Below are positions 27,373 through 41,298 of a stretch of 64,000 nucleotides of DNA, piece by piece (position 1 is the stretch's first letter; each line of letters starts with the position of its first letter). The notes beneath the pieces were generated by a model. That model saw only the letters and a list, made by a program, of their open reading frames with translations. It did no database searches and was not told the DNA's origin. The DNA lies in NCBI RefSeq assembly GCF_006345805.1, contig NC_042997.1:71920001-71984000 (forward strand). Direction: 5' to 3'. Source of the DNA: Octopus sinensis. Taxonomy: Eukaryota. A program made the position numbers and the translations under genes.

Positions 27373-28086
27373 GTATGTGCGTGCGTGTGTGTGTGTGTGT
27401 ATATATGTATATGTATATATGTATATATGTATATATGTGTGTAAGCATATGTATGTGTATATGTATGTGTGTATGTATGTGTATGTATGTATAAAATATT
27501 ATATAATTAGGGCTTAGTAAAATAAATTACTTTGCCACATACTGAACTTTCTAGAAATAGCAGCCAAAAAAGTTTTTTAGCCTCTTCCACTACTTAGAGA
27601 ATATTTTCTCTCAGACATTGTTTACTCAAAATAATAATGGTCCTTTTACATACTGAATACTTGGTGAAATTGATTATAACTAATTAACATTACCCTCAAT
27701 TGTGATATATTATGTGTGTGTATATATATGTATATGTATATATATATGTATGTACATGTATGTAATGTGTATGTATGTATATGTATATGTATGTATATAT
27801 AATATATATGTATGTGTGGTGTGTTGTGTGTGTGATAATATGTATATATATATGTATGTGTGTGTATATGTGTATTATGTATATTATATATACATATATA
27901 TGTATATGTATATGTATGTGTGTGTGTATATGTATATATATGTGTATATATATGAGTGTACGCGAGAATGTCGATGTATATGTAGGTATGTAGAGTTATG
28001 TGTATGTGCATGTATGTGAGTGTAGATACAAATTGTAGATGTGTATATGTATATGTGTGTGTATATATACATGTATATAGGTATAT

Positions 28087-28130
<44 letters not shown>

Positions 28131-28696
28131 GCGAGTATGTAGAGATATAAGTATGTGCATGTGTATATATATGTGTGTATATATATGTATCGGTATGTGT
28201 ATGTGTATGTATGTATATATATATGTGTGTGTGTATGTATGCATATATGTATGTATGTATGTATATGTGTATGTATATATGTGTGTAAGTGTGTGCATAT
28301 ATGTATATGTAAGTGTGTGTGCGTGTATGAGTATGTATGTATGTTTGCACACATGTATATGTGTGTGTGTGTATATATGGATGCGCGTGTGTGTGTGTGT
28401 ATGGGTACGCATGTACATGTGTATGTGCGTGTATGTGTATATGTGTATGTATGTATGTGTGTGCGTATATTTGTATATGTATGTATGTATATGTATGTAT
28501 GTGTGGTATATATATATATGGGTGTGGTATGTGTATAAATGTATGTATGTATGGATGTATGGATGTATGTATGTATGTATACGTATGTATGTTATGTGTG
28601 TATATGTATGTATGTGTATGTGTGTATATATGTGTGTATATATGTTTGTGTATATATATTATATTGTATATATATGTGTATATATATATATAATAT

Positions 28697-28748
<52 letters not shown>

Positions 28749-29681
28749 TTGTATGTAGGTGTATATGTATGTGTGTATATATATATTTATTGGTGTATAT
28801 GTATAGACTAGCCTTCTAAGAGTGTAGACATGAATCTGTAGGTACGCGTACGTATGTGTATATACGTGAATGTATGTAGATGTATGTATGTATGAATATA
28901 ACGCGTGCGTGCGTGTATGTGTATGAGTGTACGAATGAGTGAGTGTACGTGCTAATGAGTGTGCGTGCGTGAATGAGTGCTTGTTTTCAAGTAGACAGAT
29001 AAATGGACTTGCTGTCATAGCCAAGATCCTTGGGACCAGCGGTCAAAGATAACAAAAGTAATAAATGAAGATAATAAAATTAAAATTAGGGAATGGGTCT
29101 GTATTTGTATGTATATATATGTGTGTATGTGTAGGTATGTACAGGTACACATATGTATATATATATATATATGTATGTATGTGTATATATGTGTATATAG
29201 GGACTAGTGTGCTGTGTGTGCATGTGTGTATGTGTGTATGTATATATATTTTTCTGTGTGTATATGTATGTGTGGTCGTGTGTGTATATATACATGTGTG
29301 TATACGTGTATGCATGTGAGTGAGTGTATGTATATATATATATATGTGTATGTGTAGATATGTATATGTATGTGTATATATATGTATATGTGTGTGTATG
29401 TATGTATGTGTGTATGTATATATGTATGTATGTGTGTGTATATAAGTATACATATGTGTATAGGTATAAGTGAGAATCTCCTTATTTACCTAAAACTCTA
29501 TTCTTTTTTTTATATATATTTTTTTATTTTTTTATTTATTCTTTTATCTAATTTACCACTGACTCCTTGACCACTCCCCCAAGTATGATATTTTGCGCTA
29601 TGCCTACCCCCAAAAAGTCCCCCACCACCACCCCTTTAAACCTGCCTAAATGTATAAATGCCAATACAATTCTTGTTAACT

Positions 29682-29732
29682 AGCTTCCTGAAGATTTCTC
29701 TTGAATGAAACAGTTCTAGTCCTGTAGAAGCT
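29682..29732 (+). ncRNA. Type I hammerhead ribozyme, family H4 (intact)
   Basis: AGCTTC | CTGAAGA | TTTCTCTTGAAT | GAAA | CAG-TTCTAGTC-CTG | TA | GAAGCT; GUA triplet; short imperfect helix II. Confidence 0.85.
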
Positions 29733-29815
29733 CCTTCTATATAATAAATTAATTTTACTCTGCTATGTATTGAGTACCTTATTTACTGTGGTTAACCCCG
29801 AATCAACCCGGGACC

Positions 29816-29853
<38 letters not shown>

Positions 29854-29940
29854 TACATACATACATACATTCACTCACTCACACACACACACTTGTATGT
29901 GCATATATGTATATATTAGTGGGGGTCCATTCTCTCTTAC

Positions 29941-30145
29941 CATATTCCAGCACGCTCGAACATAGAAACGACCCTTTGGCGTAGTGTATCGTATTAGGGA
30001 GCGACTTCTTCCAATATGCGACACGTGTAAGCAATGCGCTTACAGTAAAAGACATAATGTTTCGGCGTAATTCTCGCCTATTCAATCGTAGAAACCACCG
30101 GTCTCTTACAGTTAAATATAACCTGCAGTTCCCATCTATAAAAAC
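29941..30145 (-). CDS. Candidate internal exon of an unidentified host gene (205 nt)
   Basis: Strong acceptor TTTTTTTTTCTCAG| and donor ATG|GTAAGA; one frame open throughout (VFIDGNCRLYLTVRDRWF...SSVLEY-G); non-repetitive. No protein family recognised; could be non-coding. Confidence 0.4.
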
Positions 30146-31325
30146 CTGAGAAAAAAAAAACATTTATTGAGGCGTGCGTCGGTTTACCAAGCGGTGTTTA
30201 ATCTATTATAAGGAGCTTGTGACTAATTGAAAAGGCCTGCACATGATTACATTATGAAAATTTCATGACTTATAGCTAAGCAACCCATGTACATAACAGC
30301 CCTACAAGGAGTTGCAAACGCATTATACATAATAGTTGAAATACAACAGAAAATAACAAAACCAAAACAAAATGGCGCTCATATTTGAAACTTTCAGAGC
30401 CACATTTGGTCATATAGTGTATGTGTAAAAATAAGACTACTGAATATTAATGATATCAGAGCAATGATTAAAAAAATTATAATAACAACGATGATAAGAA
30501 GCAGGACAAGGCTTTTACAATAATTCATTAAACTTTCCATCAAAGGAATATTATTGTATGACAAAAATTTACTACGTTAACGACATCGACATCAAACAGA
30601 AGACATTATATAACAAAACTGTTAAAATTGTCGCTGTCGAAATTGATTGGCACAACATAAACAATAATACCAGCAGCAGTCGTAGTAATAGTGATGGCAG
30701 GAAGAAGAACAGGAACAAAATTAACAATAACAGCAGAAAATGCAGCAAAACAACAAGATATTGCAGGAACAAAAATATAACGTATTACAGAAAGGGAGAT
30801 TATCACCGTTATTGTTGCTGACGATCATTGTGACATTAATGATGATCAGGTGGAAGACGACGAGGACAACGATGGCGATGATGATGATAATAATGGTTTA
30901 AAACTTTGGCACATGGTCAGCAATTTTGGGGAGTGGGATTAAATGGATTACATCAATCGCAATATTCAACTGATATTTATTTGGATGATAGCAATGTCGC
31001 TGATAATGATAATAAGGATGGCGACAACGACGGTGACCATGGTGAAAATAATACTATGACAATGCAATGATGATGATGATGATTATGAGGACGATGACGT
31101 CGATGATTACAATGAGGATGATAATGATTTTGATAACATTCTTGCTAGCATCTACTGACACAAATACTTAGAGTATGGATTGGCACAACACAAAACAAAA
31201 AAAAAGGATGTCGAGAACAACGAACACCCTAAGACCATCAATCGAATATGTGTGTGTGTGTGTGTGTCTGTAAATAGATTATATATGTACGTGTGTGTGA
31301 GTGTGCGCGTGTGTATATATGTATG

Positions 31326-31377
<52 letters not shown>

Positions 31378-31585
31378 AAACATATATTATACCAAAGATC
31401 TCGTAACTATTTTGCAGCTAGTTAGACGAGTTTTCTTTTATATTTCATTTATTACTACTGTTTGATTTTTTCTGCTGCTTATAGCTATAACTTTTGTTAT
31501 TTTACGTCAAGATGTTATCAGTTGATAACCCCACATTTCTAAGTACTTACAAGTAGATGTGTGCGCAAATGTGTGTTTATGCTTG

Positions 31586-31662
<77 letters not shown>

Positions 31663-31748
31663 CATACATACATGCATACATACATACATACATACATACA
31701 TTCATACATACATACATACATACATGCATACACACATACATACATACA

Positions 31749-31821
<73 letters not shown>

Positions 31822-32858
31822 GTGTATATGTGAAATATATGATAATGTCCACATAAGGGGAACTAGTATCAAAATGTATGTTAAATAACCATGAAAAAAA
31901 GAACCATCAAAGAAAGAAAAAAAAAGAACAATAGCGCCAGATGACAATAGAATGATAAAGAAATTTTCATCGGAGAACATATCGTGAACAACAACAACAG
32001 CTACCTCAGCAGCATTTTGAAATTTTCTTGCTATTTGGAGAATATATGCGAAAAGTAAATCCTTTATTTCCATTCTATTTCAAGTTATTTATCCAAAATA
32101 ATTTCACAAATCTAAAATCCTACTTCAATTTGTGCGTATACACACACACACACACACACACAACTATATACAAGTATGCAATTAGCTTTCTTTCCATGTT
32201 TCCTTCTCATTATTTCGCTCTTCATCCTCTCACTCTCTGCCTCTCTCTTTCTCTCCCTCTCTCTTTGTTATATATATATATATGTGTGTGTGTGGTGTGT
32301 GTGTGTGTGTGTCTGTCTGTGTGTATGTGTGTGTGTGTACGTGCGTGCTTAATTTACTGTTCCATTGAGAGATAAATATAATTTAATGTACTCTGTATCA
32401 AAATAAAATCTACTAATAATTTCTTCCCATTGAGACAACGGAGAGGTGTCCAAAACCTGCGAGACAGCTGATCAAACCAGAAAAGTTGCTGTCATCCAGT
32501 TCGACAAAAGAAATTTGTCAACTTATTTGCATTTGCTGAAAATTTCGGATCTAGAATTAAGTAGTGTGATGGAATTCTATGATCTAAAAAGAATACACGA
32601 TCTTTCTGCTACGTATAAGTTGTATCTCTTAGATACAATCACATATGGCATAGATTTCTCCACGAGTCTCCACTTGAATGTATGTGACGTGTAGTTGGTC
32701 TTCAAACACCATACGCGGCTAGCCAACTTAGCAGTTTACTTTTGTCCATGTGTCGGAAATAAAGACAGGTTGCTTGCATAACGTCTTTTAAAGTTTCCTT
32801 TCATACTCATATGATTTCATAGGAAAGTAGATAATTCAGTTCTATATTTAAGAGATGA

Positions 32859-33022
32859 ATTATGTACATTATCTACAATTGACGGATATTTGTTTTCATC
32901 TTGTTTGTTGTTAACACAACGTTTTGGCTGATAAACCCTCCAGCCTTCATCAGGTGTCTTGGGGAAATTTCGAACTTGGGTCTCATTCCTAAGGTATTTT
33001 TCGATGTTGTTGTTGTTGTTGC

Positions 33023-33030
<8 letters not shown>
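32859..33030 (-). mobile_element. HHR-bearing module, family H5 (minus copy, core GAAA mutated to AAAA)
   Basis: 32913-32958 minus: GACAC | CTGATGA | AGGCTG..CAGCC | AAAAC GTT | GTGTT; homologous to 35712-35890. Confidence 0.7.
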
Positions 33031-33059
<29 letters not shown>

Positions 33060-33091
33060 CTTCTTCTTCTTCTTCTTCTTCTTCTTCTTCT

Positions 33092-33183
<92 letters not shown>

Positions 33184-33337
33184 GCCTTTGCACAGCTTCT
33201 AACGCTGGAGATGTACTACGGGGTCAGCTGTTCACTGACAGTGAACTAAAGTAACACCTCTTATTTTTCGAGTACCTTCCGGAGAATTCGAGCGGTTCCA
33301 ATCAGTGCTGCTTTCTGCAAGTACTCCACTCTTATTG
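33184..33337 (-). mobile_element. R4/Dong-like LINE family B, short 3' end
   Basis: Reverse complement of 35470-35626 (LQKAALLGTARILRKVLE*...GAAGCTGTGCAAAGGC) followed by (TAA)n. Confidence 0.8.
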
Positions 33338-33420
33338 AACTTTCAACTTATTGTCTCTTGAGGTCTTTGGGTTAGACTTGCAGCCAACTTGTACAAATGT
33401 AAAACAAAAGTCAAACATAA
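33338..33420 (+). mobile_element. R4/Dong-like LINE family A, extreme 3' end
   Basis: Matches 34812-34895 (TGTCTCTTGAGGTCT...CAAAAGTCAAACATA) followed by (TAA)n. Confidence 0.8.
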
Positions 33421-33424
33421 CATA

Positions 33425-33459
<35 letters not shown>

Positions 33460-33470
33460 TAATAATAATA

Positions 33471-33514
<44 letters not shown>

Positions 33515-33549
33515 AATAATAATAATAGTAGTAGTAGTAATAATAACAA

Positions 33550-33590
<41 letters not shown>

Positions 33591-33618
33591 ATAATAATAA
33601 TAATAATAATAATAATAA

Positions 33619-34895
33619 GGCAGATATAGAACGACTTTATCTGCCAAGAAAAGAGGTAGGCCGGGGACTTTTACAACTGACAATAACAATGAAGATTGCT
33701 ACAATTGGCCTAGACACCTACCTGAAAAAACTTTGAGGACTGGATGTTAAAACTTGTCTCAAAACATGAAAACAAGAAAGCATCATACTCAGTAACAAAA
33801 CCGGCAAAGGAATGTCTAAGTGAATTCCGAATACAACAAATTTCAGAATTAGACATACAAGAAACAAGCACAGAAAAAGCTAAACGCATGAAAACCCGTG
33901 CTAAAACTGCTGCCTTAGATATTCAGAATGATAAATGGTATGAAAAACCTCTCTATGGCAAATACCCAAAGAGAACGAATAATGCAGATGTTGACAAAGC
34001 CCTGACCCATCAATGGTTAATGGCCTCTGGCTTAAAATCTGAAACAGAAGGGTTTATCATAGAAGCTCAAGATCAATGCCTACCAACAAGGAACTACCAG
34101 GCCAACATATTACAGAACGGCAGTAGCCCAACATGTCGTGTATGTCAACAACAAAATGAAACCATTGATCATGTTGTCTCCAAGTGCAGTCTTCTAGCGC
34201 CTACAGAGTATCTCAACAGGCATGATAGAGCTGCACAATATATTCACTGGGTAATCTGCAAAAACCTGGATTTGCCCCATGAAAAAAAAATGGTGGGAAC
34301 ACAAACCACCTCCAGTGCTTGAAAATGACCACATCTCACTCCTCTGGAACTTCCCCATTCAAAATGACAGAAAGATAGATGCAAATAGACCCGACTTCAT
34401 ATTGAAATACTTCAGACAAAGAACATGCCTCCTCATTGATACGACTGTCCCAATCGATATAAACGTATCTGTCAAGACCTACCAAAACCTGAGCAAATAT
34501 AAAGATCTTGAAATAGAAATCAGCAAAATGTGGAACCTGAAGACTAAGACAATACTTGTTGTCAAAGATGCCCTGGGAATGATAGCGAAAGAGACTGATT
34601 GCTACCTAACTCAGATACCAGGAAACCCCAAAATGGCAGAAATTCAAAAGATAGTGCTCATGGGAACTGCTCATATCCTACGCAAAATACTTTCTATGTA
34701 ATCTCAAGTTTTAAAACAAACATAATTTTCGTATGTTTTTTTTTTAGACATTCACTAGTACAACACTAAATACAAAACCAAATATATGGCACACTAGGCA
34801 TAACAACAACACGAACTTCCAACCTACTGTCTCTTGAGGTCTCAGGGTGAGACTTGGAGCCAACTTGTACAAATATAAAGCAAAAGTCAAACATA
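33619..34895 (+). mobile_element. R4/Dong-clade non-LTR retrotransposon family A, 5'-truncated (RT thumb, CCHC, restriction-like endonuclease), frameshifted
   Basis: ERLYLPRKE.GRGL; CRVCQQQNETIDHVVSKC; RHDRAAQYIHW; NRPD..LLIDTTVP...KYKDL; embedded in (TAA)n on both sides, the known Dong target. Confidence 0.9.
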
Positions 34896-34961
<66 letters not shown>

Positions 34962-34971
34962 TAAAAATAAA

Positions 34972-35056
<85 letters not shown>

Positions 35057-35057
35057 G

Positions 35058-35094
<37 letters not shown>

Positions 35095-35118
35095 AATAAT
35101 AATAATAATAATAATAAT

Positions 35119-35626
35119 ATGGACTTGGAGAAAAAAATTGGTACGACCACAAACCCGAATGCATCATCGAAAACGATAATGCAAAGATCCTTAGGGATAT
35201 TATGAGTCAGTGCGACCATGAGATAGAGAATAGGAAACCAGATATAGTCTTAATTGAGAAAGAAAGCAAACTGCTGGATCATAGATATAGCAAGCCCAGC
35301 TGACAACAAAGTATACGATAAGGAAGAAAGGAAAGTCGATAGATATGACATGTTAGCTTGGGAGGTTAAGCAGTTGTGGTCGATGAAAAAGGTGGTAGTA
35401 GTACCAATAATTTCGGTTCCTAGGGAGCAGTGAGTAAAAGTCTTGAGAAGTACATGGAACAAATAGGGGCTGCAATAAGAGTGGAGCACTTGCAGAAAGC
35501 AGCACTGCTTGGAACCGCTCGAATACTCCGGAAGGTACTCGAAAAATAAGAGGCGTTACCTTAGTTCACTGGCAGTGAACAGCTGACACCGTAGTACATC
35601 TCCAGCGTTAGAAGCTGTGCAAAGGC
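35119..35626 (+). mobile_element. R4/Dong-like LINE family B, 3' fragment (RLE domain)
   Basis: WYDHKPECIIENDNAKIL.D; NRKPDIVLIEK; IIDIASPAD; KVDRYDMLAWEVKQLW; EHLQKAALLGTARILRKVLEK*; (TAA)n flanks. Confidence 0.85.
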
Positions 35627-35647
35627 AATAATAATAATATAATAATA

Positions 35648-35701
<54 letters not shown>

Positions 35702-35777
35702 GAATAATAATAACAACAACGACAACAACATCGAAAAATACCTTAGGAATGAGAATCCAGGTTCGAAATTTCCCCAA

Positions 35778-35823
35778 GACATCTGATGAAAGCTGCAGGG
35801 TATAACAGCCGAAACGTTGTGTT
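35778..35823 (+). ncRNA. Minimal (dimer-type) hammerhead ribozyme, family H5
   Basis: GACAT | CTGATGA | AAGCTG-CAGGGTATAA-CAGCC | GAAAC GTT | GTGTT; loopless palindromic helix III AACGTT; module spans 35712-35890. Confidence 0.7.
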
Positions 35824-37872
35824 AACAACAAACAAGATGAGGACAACTATCCGTCAATTGTAAATAATGTAAATAAAGTACATAATTATTTTTAGCTTAT
35901 CACTCCGACCGGCAGGAAGGAAAGCAAAACTATATTTTTTAAAATTTCATTTTGTTTTCCATTCTGTATTATGAAATGTTGTAATGGCTCTTGGTTGTGA
36001 ATGCATAGACAATCGACGAGAAATTTCCCATACTTGTGTGCCTAATATAAAACGGACATATAAAGTTTACAATTCTCATGTTTACCTTGAAATTTGTATA
36101 TTACATAGGATATTTGAAATGCGTTATGGAACTTTCAGGTTTGTGGTTTCATTTTTTTTTCTGTAATGCATTTATTTAATTTCCAGTGGGCATTTGGTTC
36201 TTGTAGTATATGACATAAATTGCTTGTGTTTTGTTTGAATAAATTTGATTTTGCATTGTTCTTTACTTGTGCAAAGCAAGAACAATAAAATAATAATAAT
36301 AAATATCTTGTTGATCTTATTATAGACAATAAACATATCAAATATGATTCCTGTAGTTCAAAGATTTGGCATTCTAAATTCCTTAGTCTGTCATGTAATT
36401 TATCGCATGATATGAATTTTATTCTTTGTTACTATTTCATCAGTGCAGTTGATTCACTTGGTGTTGGTGTTTTATGTAAGCTGTTGTTATTGATGTCATT
36501 GTTGTTTTATTTTTAATGCAGCTTTGTGGTTGGATTGAAAATCTTGCAAGTAAAGGATTTTGGCATCTTGGATAAATTATGATATGCGTCTCCTCTGAAA
36601 ATATATTCTTTTGACACCCCTAAGATAAACAGTAATCTGAAGATATTTAGTGAAGTTCTAAACAACAACTTTCAGAAAACACCCTTAAATACTGACATTT
36701 CTTTCAAAATATGTTTCTGCTTCATGGAAGTCTGTCATTTTGGGGGAGCTTTAAAAGCTATAAGCTAAATCTTTTGACAGTTAGGCAACTTAACCTTGAT
36801 AAAATAACAGAAAGAAAAGAAGTAATAAAAGAAATTGATAGTTTTTCTTTTTTTCTTTTTTTTTTTGATATCAACGTATTTTATCTTATAACTGCGCGTT
36901 GAAATCATTCCATATGATTAATGGATCTGCCTCAAAATTAAGTAATCATAGTAGATATCAGTGTTTTTACAACATTTCACTCATTATTGTAGCCGAGGTT
37001 CTAAGCTGAGAACGCCAGCAATTAGTGTCTAATACGTGACTCTAATCCAGGTCAGAAAGAACAACAGCAACAGCAGCAGCAGCAACAGTAGCAGCCTGAT
37101 AATGAGCGAACTCGTACAAATTGTCTGAAGGCAGAACTCAGTTACTATTAAAAATATATTTCAGTCATTATGGAAATATGGTAGTAATACTATGAATAAG
37201 ACAGACATGTTGAGATAACTGACATCTCATATTTTTCACATTTCGACATTTAAAGAACCCTCTTTTCTCTTTTGGGCTTAATTTGACGTGAATATCAGAC
37301 ATATAATGTCTAACTGTGGTTTCGGAAACATGTGAAGGTAAATAACTAAGTATAGTCTTTAAAACCATGGTTGCATGCGTGGTTGAATTATAAAAAATGT
37401 CCATTTTGCAGCCAGGTTGTTCTAGTTCGATCCCACATCGTGACACATTAGTTGAAGGTAATCTTTCTTCGCCTTGGGTTGACCAAAGATTATATGAAGC
37501 GTAGGAAGGCATGGGAAAGTCATGGCTTTCACGTTATGGTAAAATAAGTTGTCAAAGAGAAAAGTAATGATCATACATTTGCTATTTTAGGGATCATGTG
37601 GGTGAAATAACAAAATTAACTGCACATAATGAGTTGCCCTACCTCCGATCATTATTTATATATTCATTTTATATTTTTCAGCGGGCGTACTTAGCGTCAT
37701 TGAGCACATGTTTCCAGCTGAACAATGACTGGTTCTCTTCATTCAATGATGAAGGAGCGACTGTGCCTTCGCGATATTTGTCTGAGGAGCACCAGCTTTT
37801 GCTGATAAACGACGAAAGCATAATCGCACATACGCTCGTACATACATTCATATATACATACATACACAGATG

Positions 37873-37967
<95 letters not shown>

Positions 37968-38075
37968 GTCTGTCTGTCTGTCTGTCTGTCTGTCAGTCTG
38001 TCTGTCTGTCTGCATGTCTGTCTGTCTATCTATCTGTCTGTCTGTTTTTCTGTCTGTCTATCTATCTATATATCT
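37873..38075 (+). repeat. Compound microsatellite (TCTA)n(TCTG)n
   Basis: Direct reading. Confidence 0.95.
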
Positions 38076-38549
38076 ATATGCGCGCGCGTGTCTGTTAAAG
38101 GGTACCTATTTAATAGATTATGGCATATCAATGTGAAGCACGCCACACTTGATGCTTAGAAGTGTGGCTCATGTCAACATATAAGCAATAATCTATTCCG
38201 TTAGGATAAAGGAAAGTTCATCGGTGTTTGGTTATCTGCATATCTGAGAGCATCCAAAGTCGGGTGGAACTTTACAGACGGACGGATTGCATGGTGCAGC
38301 TATAACGTTGTCAGATTAAAAAGTCATACAACAGATGTAGTATTTACTGCATTCTTAAAGCAAGGCCTGCGACTGCACAAGTGCCTTGCAATATTGGACC
38401 TTGCTGATTCGGAATGGTACAGAACATCAGTGACTTTGAAAGAGAATGATTGTATACATGTGTATTGGTAATCTATATTATTGGTGCGCTCTTTCTCTCT
38501 TTAGATATGTATACGTGTGTGCATGCATGTGTCAGAATGAATATTGTTA

Positions 38550-38584
<35 letters not shown>

Positions 38585-39576
38585 CATGTATGTGTATATA
38601 GATAGATAGATAGATAGATAGACAGAGAGATATCATTTGTGTGTGTGTGTGCGCGCGCGCGCATACACACATACACGACAAGCCTCCACACAGTCGCCGC
38701 GCCGCCAACCAAGCTACACTCACAAGTTATTGATCAACTACAAACAACGAAGAAATATCGTTTTATTTCGTGCTGCGTAGTGGAATCGAACTCATGGTTG
38801 TGAAGCGTTGCTGTGAGCCATATAGCTATGCCTTAGTAATATCTTACATTTTGCTGTTGTCCTAATATTGTATGTATTTTCGGGAGTGATTAACTTTATC
38901 TCCATCACATCAGGTATTGATAATTGGAATTTGTAACCCGAATTTTTTTAGTAGACATTCTATCCCTGGGGCAATATACAAAGTGGTTTGATTTTGCTCC
39001 ATTTTGGTACAGCTATTTAATGCAAACTATGTATGTCAAAATATATTATTATTTCTTCGTTTTGATTCACTTAACACTTAATTTTCATTAACGACTGTCA
39101 AATATAATTTCATTTACATATATCTTTAGGCAACAAATTGATAACGTTAATCGTTCAGATAATAAATTTACTTTTCTATTCTAAAGCAGTTAAAATATTT
39201 TCAATGCTAAGTCAAAGAAAAATATATATAGAACACAATAGAAGACAGGGTAAAAAGTAATACAGTATTTACAGTATTAGTAGAAGGCACGTACATCTTA
39301 ACTCTTATCAACAGACTCGGTTTTACAAGAAGAGTCACTGGTGTTTATAAATAAGCATCATTATAAACAGTTCAGCATTGACGCTGTGTTTATTTCAAAA
39401 GTTGAATAAAACGGCGACAATGATAAACAGGGAGAAATGTTACTTCCAAAAGTCGTTTTGAAGTGAGACTATTTATATGTATATATATATATAATTCATA
39501 AATGAGGGCAAGGGAAAAAATTTCTAATGCCAAATAGTTTTTTTTTTTTCGAAAAGAATTTTATCCTCACATTTGA

Positions 39577-39622
<46 letters not shown>

Positions 39623-39808
39623 GTGGTGTGTGTGTGTGTGTGTGTGTGTGTATACAAACATACATACATTTATATACATGTATATACATACGTACACAAA
39701 CATATACACACACACATATACACACATGTATATATGTACGTATGTATATAATATATATATACTTATATATTATATACATCTGTGTATGTGTGTGTGTATA
39801 CGTGTATA

Positions 39809-40690
39809 TGTATATATGCAGATGACACAAAAGTCTCTCAAACAATACGAAATCCAGGAAATATTGCGCAGCTGCAACGGGAGATGGACGCAATATACAG
39901 GTGGGCTAAGGACAACAATATGCAGTTTAATGCAGGAAAATTCCATGCCCTGCGCATCCAGTACCCAAAGCTGAACGACATGCAGACAGGATACACTAGC
40001 CCGGAAGGAATTGCAATTCCTTAGTAAAAATCAGTGCGTGCCCTAAGCAATGCGACATCTTTCCAGGTACATATTACTAATTTGGGAATAAAATGCAGAC
40101 GGTTGGCTAGATCCTCCGAACTTCGAAAACTACAGGAAAGGAAACTATGATGGTCCTTTGGCGGGAATACGTCCTTAGCCGCTTGGACTAATGGTCCAAT
40201 CTATGGTCACCACACAGTATGAAATTCACGGCGGAACTCGAAGCAATGCAACGAAGTTACACAAAAAAAAATTGTCTCAATGCAACATATCAGCTACTGG
40301 GAAAGGCTGAAAGAGTTGAAACTCTTCTCCATAGAACGATATATAGTGATATATATTTGGAAAATCCTAAGGGGACTTGTACCAAACTTTGGCATTAAAG
40401 GTTACACAAACAGTAGAACGGGGCGCCACTGTATAGTGCCAAAGATGCCAGTATCAACATCAAAATACAGGACTAGATACTGCAACATCTTGGGTTTCAA
40501 GGGCCCACAGTTCCTCAATATCCTTCCAAAATGCCTGCAAGACCTGCATGGTATGGATGTAGGAGTCTTCAAAACAAAACAAGAAATATAGATGAGCGCA
40601 GCAGTATTAAACTCCCTCATTCACCGAATGCTACATATCAGAGGAGGTTTGAAATACTGGTGTATCACAGCCGACGGTGGTGTCCCAGCA
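39809..40690 (+). pseudogene. CR1/L2-superfamily LINE 3' fragment (RT end and C-terminus)
   Basis: YADDTKV...LQREMDAIYRWAKDNNMQFNAGKFHAL; ISYWERLKELKLFSIE; GFKGPQF.NILPK; stops and frameshifts. Confidence 0.85.
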
Positions 40691-40809
40691 TGACCGCAAC
40701 TTTAAATCTGAAACAATTTAAAGAATTAACGAATATATATATATGTATATATATGTGTATATATGTATATATGGTATATATGTATATATATATTATATAT
40801 ATATATAAT

Positions 40810-40853
<44 letters not shown>

Positions 40854-41298
40854 TTTATTTATTTATGGTGGGATATATATGTATATATTTTTCTTATACG
40901 TATGAGTACGCAAATGCCTATTTAAATGTGTATATAAGTATATGCGAATGTTTGCAGACGCAATGCATGAGAGTGTATATGTATATGTGCAGATGTGTGT
41001 GTGTGTGTACAAATGTTTGTATAGTTTTTCCCATGCCTACACTGGTGTAGTAGAAATCTAACGCTCTCAACAAACCAACCATAAGGAAGACAATGGTAAT
41101 TTAAATTCAAATCCACAAGTCAATCATATTTTAGCGCTAGATCCGCAACTATTTCTGAAAGTAATAGTGTATTTATGTCACAATGAAAATTATAAACTTG
41201 AACTCGAACGTAAATATGTGCACCTGTGGATCTTAATGTAGTGTAAACAGAATGCTTGTACTTCATATTTCGTATGTATATGCGGATATTGTAGTACT

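Larger units (their letters stand above)
24382..29818. mobile_element. 5.4-kb Penelope-like inverted pair (family H4): arms 24382-26877 and 27311-29749, right arm extended to 29818
   Basis: Unique blocks (e.g. GGCTATGACAGCAAGTCC at about 25160 / 29000; CTAGAAATAGCAGCC at about 26640 / 27550) recur in reverse complement; HHR at both outer ends; GIY-YIG fragment in the spacer; (TA)n on both flanks. Confidence 0.85.

Noticed and set aside
24382-29749. Interpretation of the large inverted repeat as a pure long-read fold-back artefact
   Set aside because: The arms have different outer continuations, the right-arm extension is independently seen at 47184-47252, and there are substitutions as well as indels. 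Not fully excluded without reads.
37680-37830. Exon-like GC-balanced segment after TTTTTCAG; also contains CTGAGGA...GAAA
   Set aside because: No convincing donor or recognisable protein on either strand; helices I and III do not pair.
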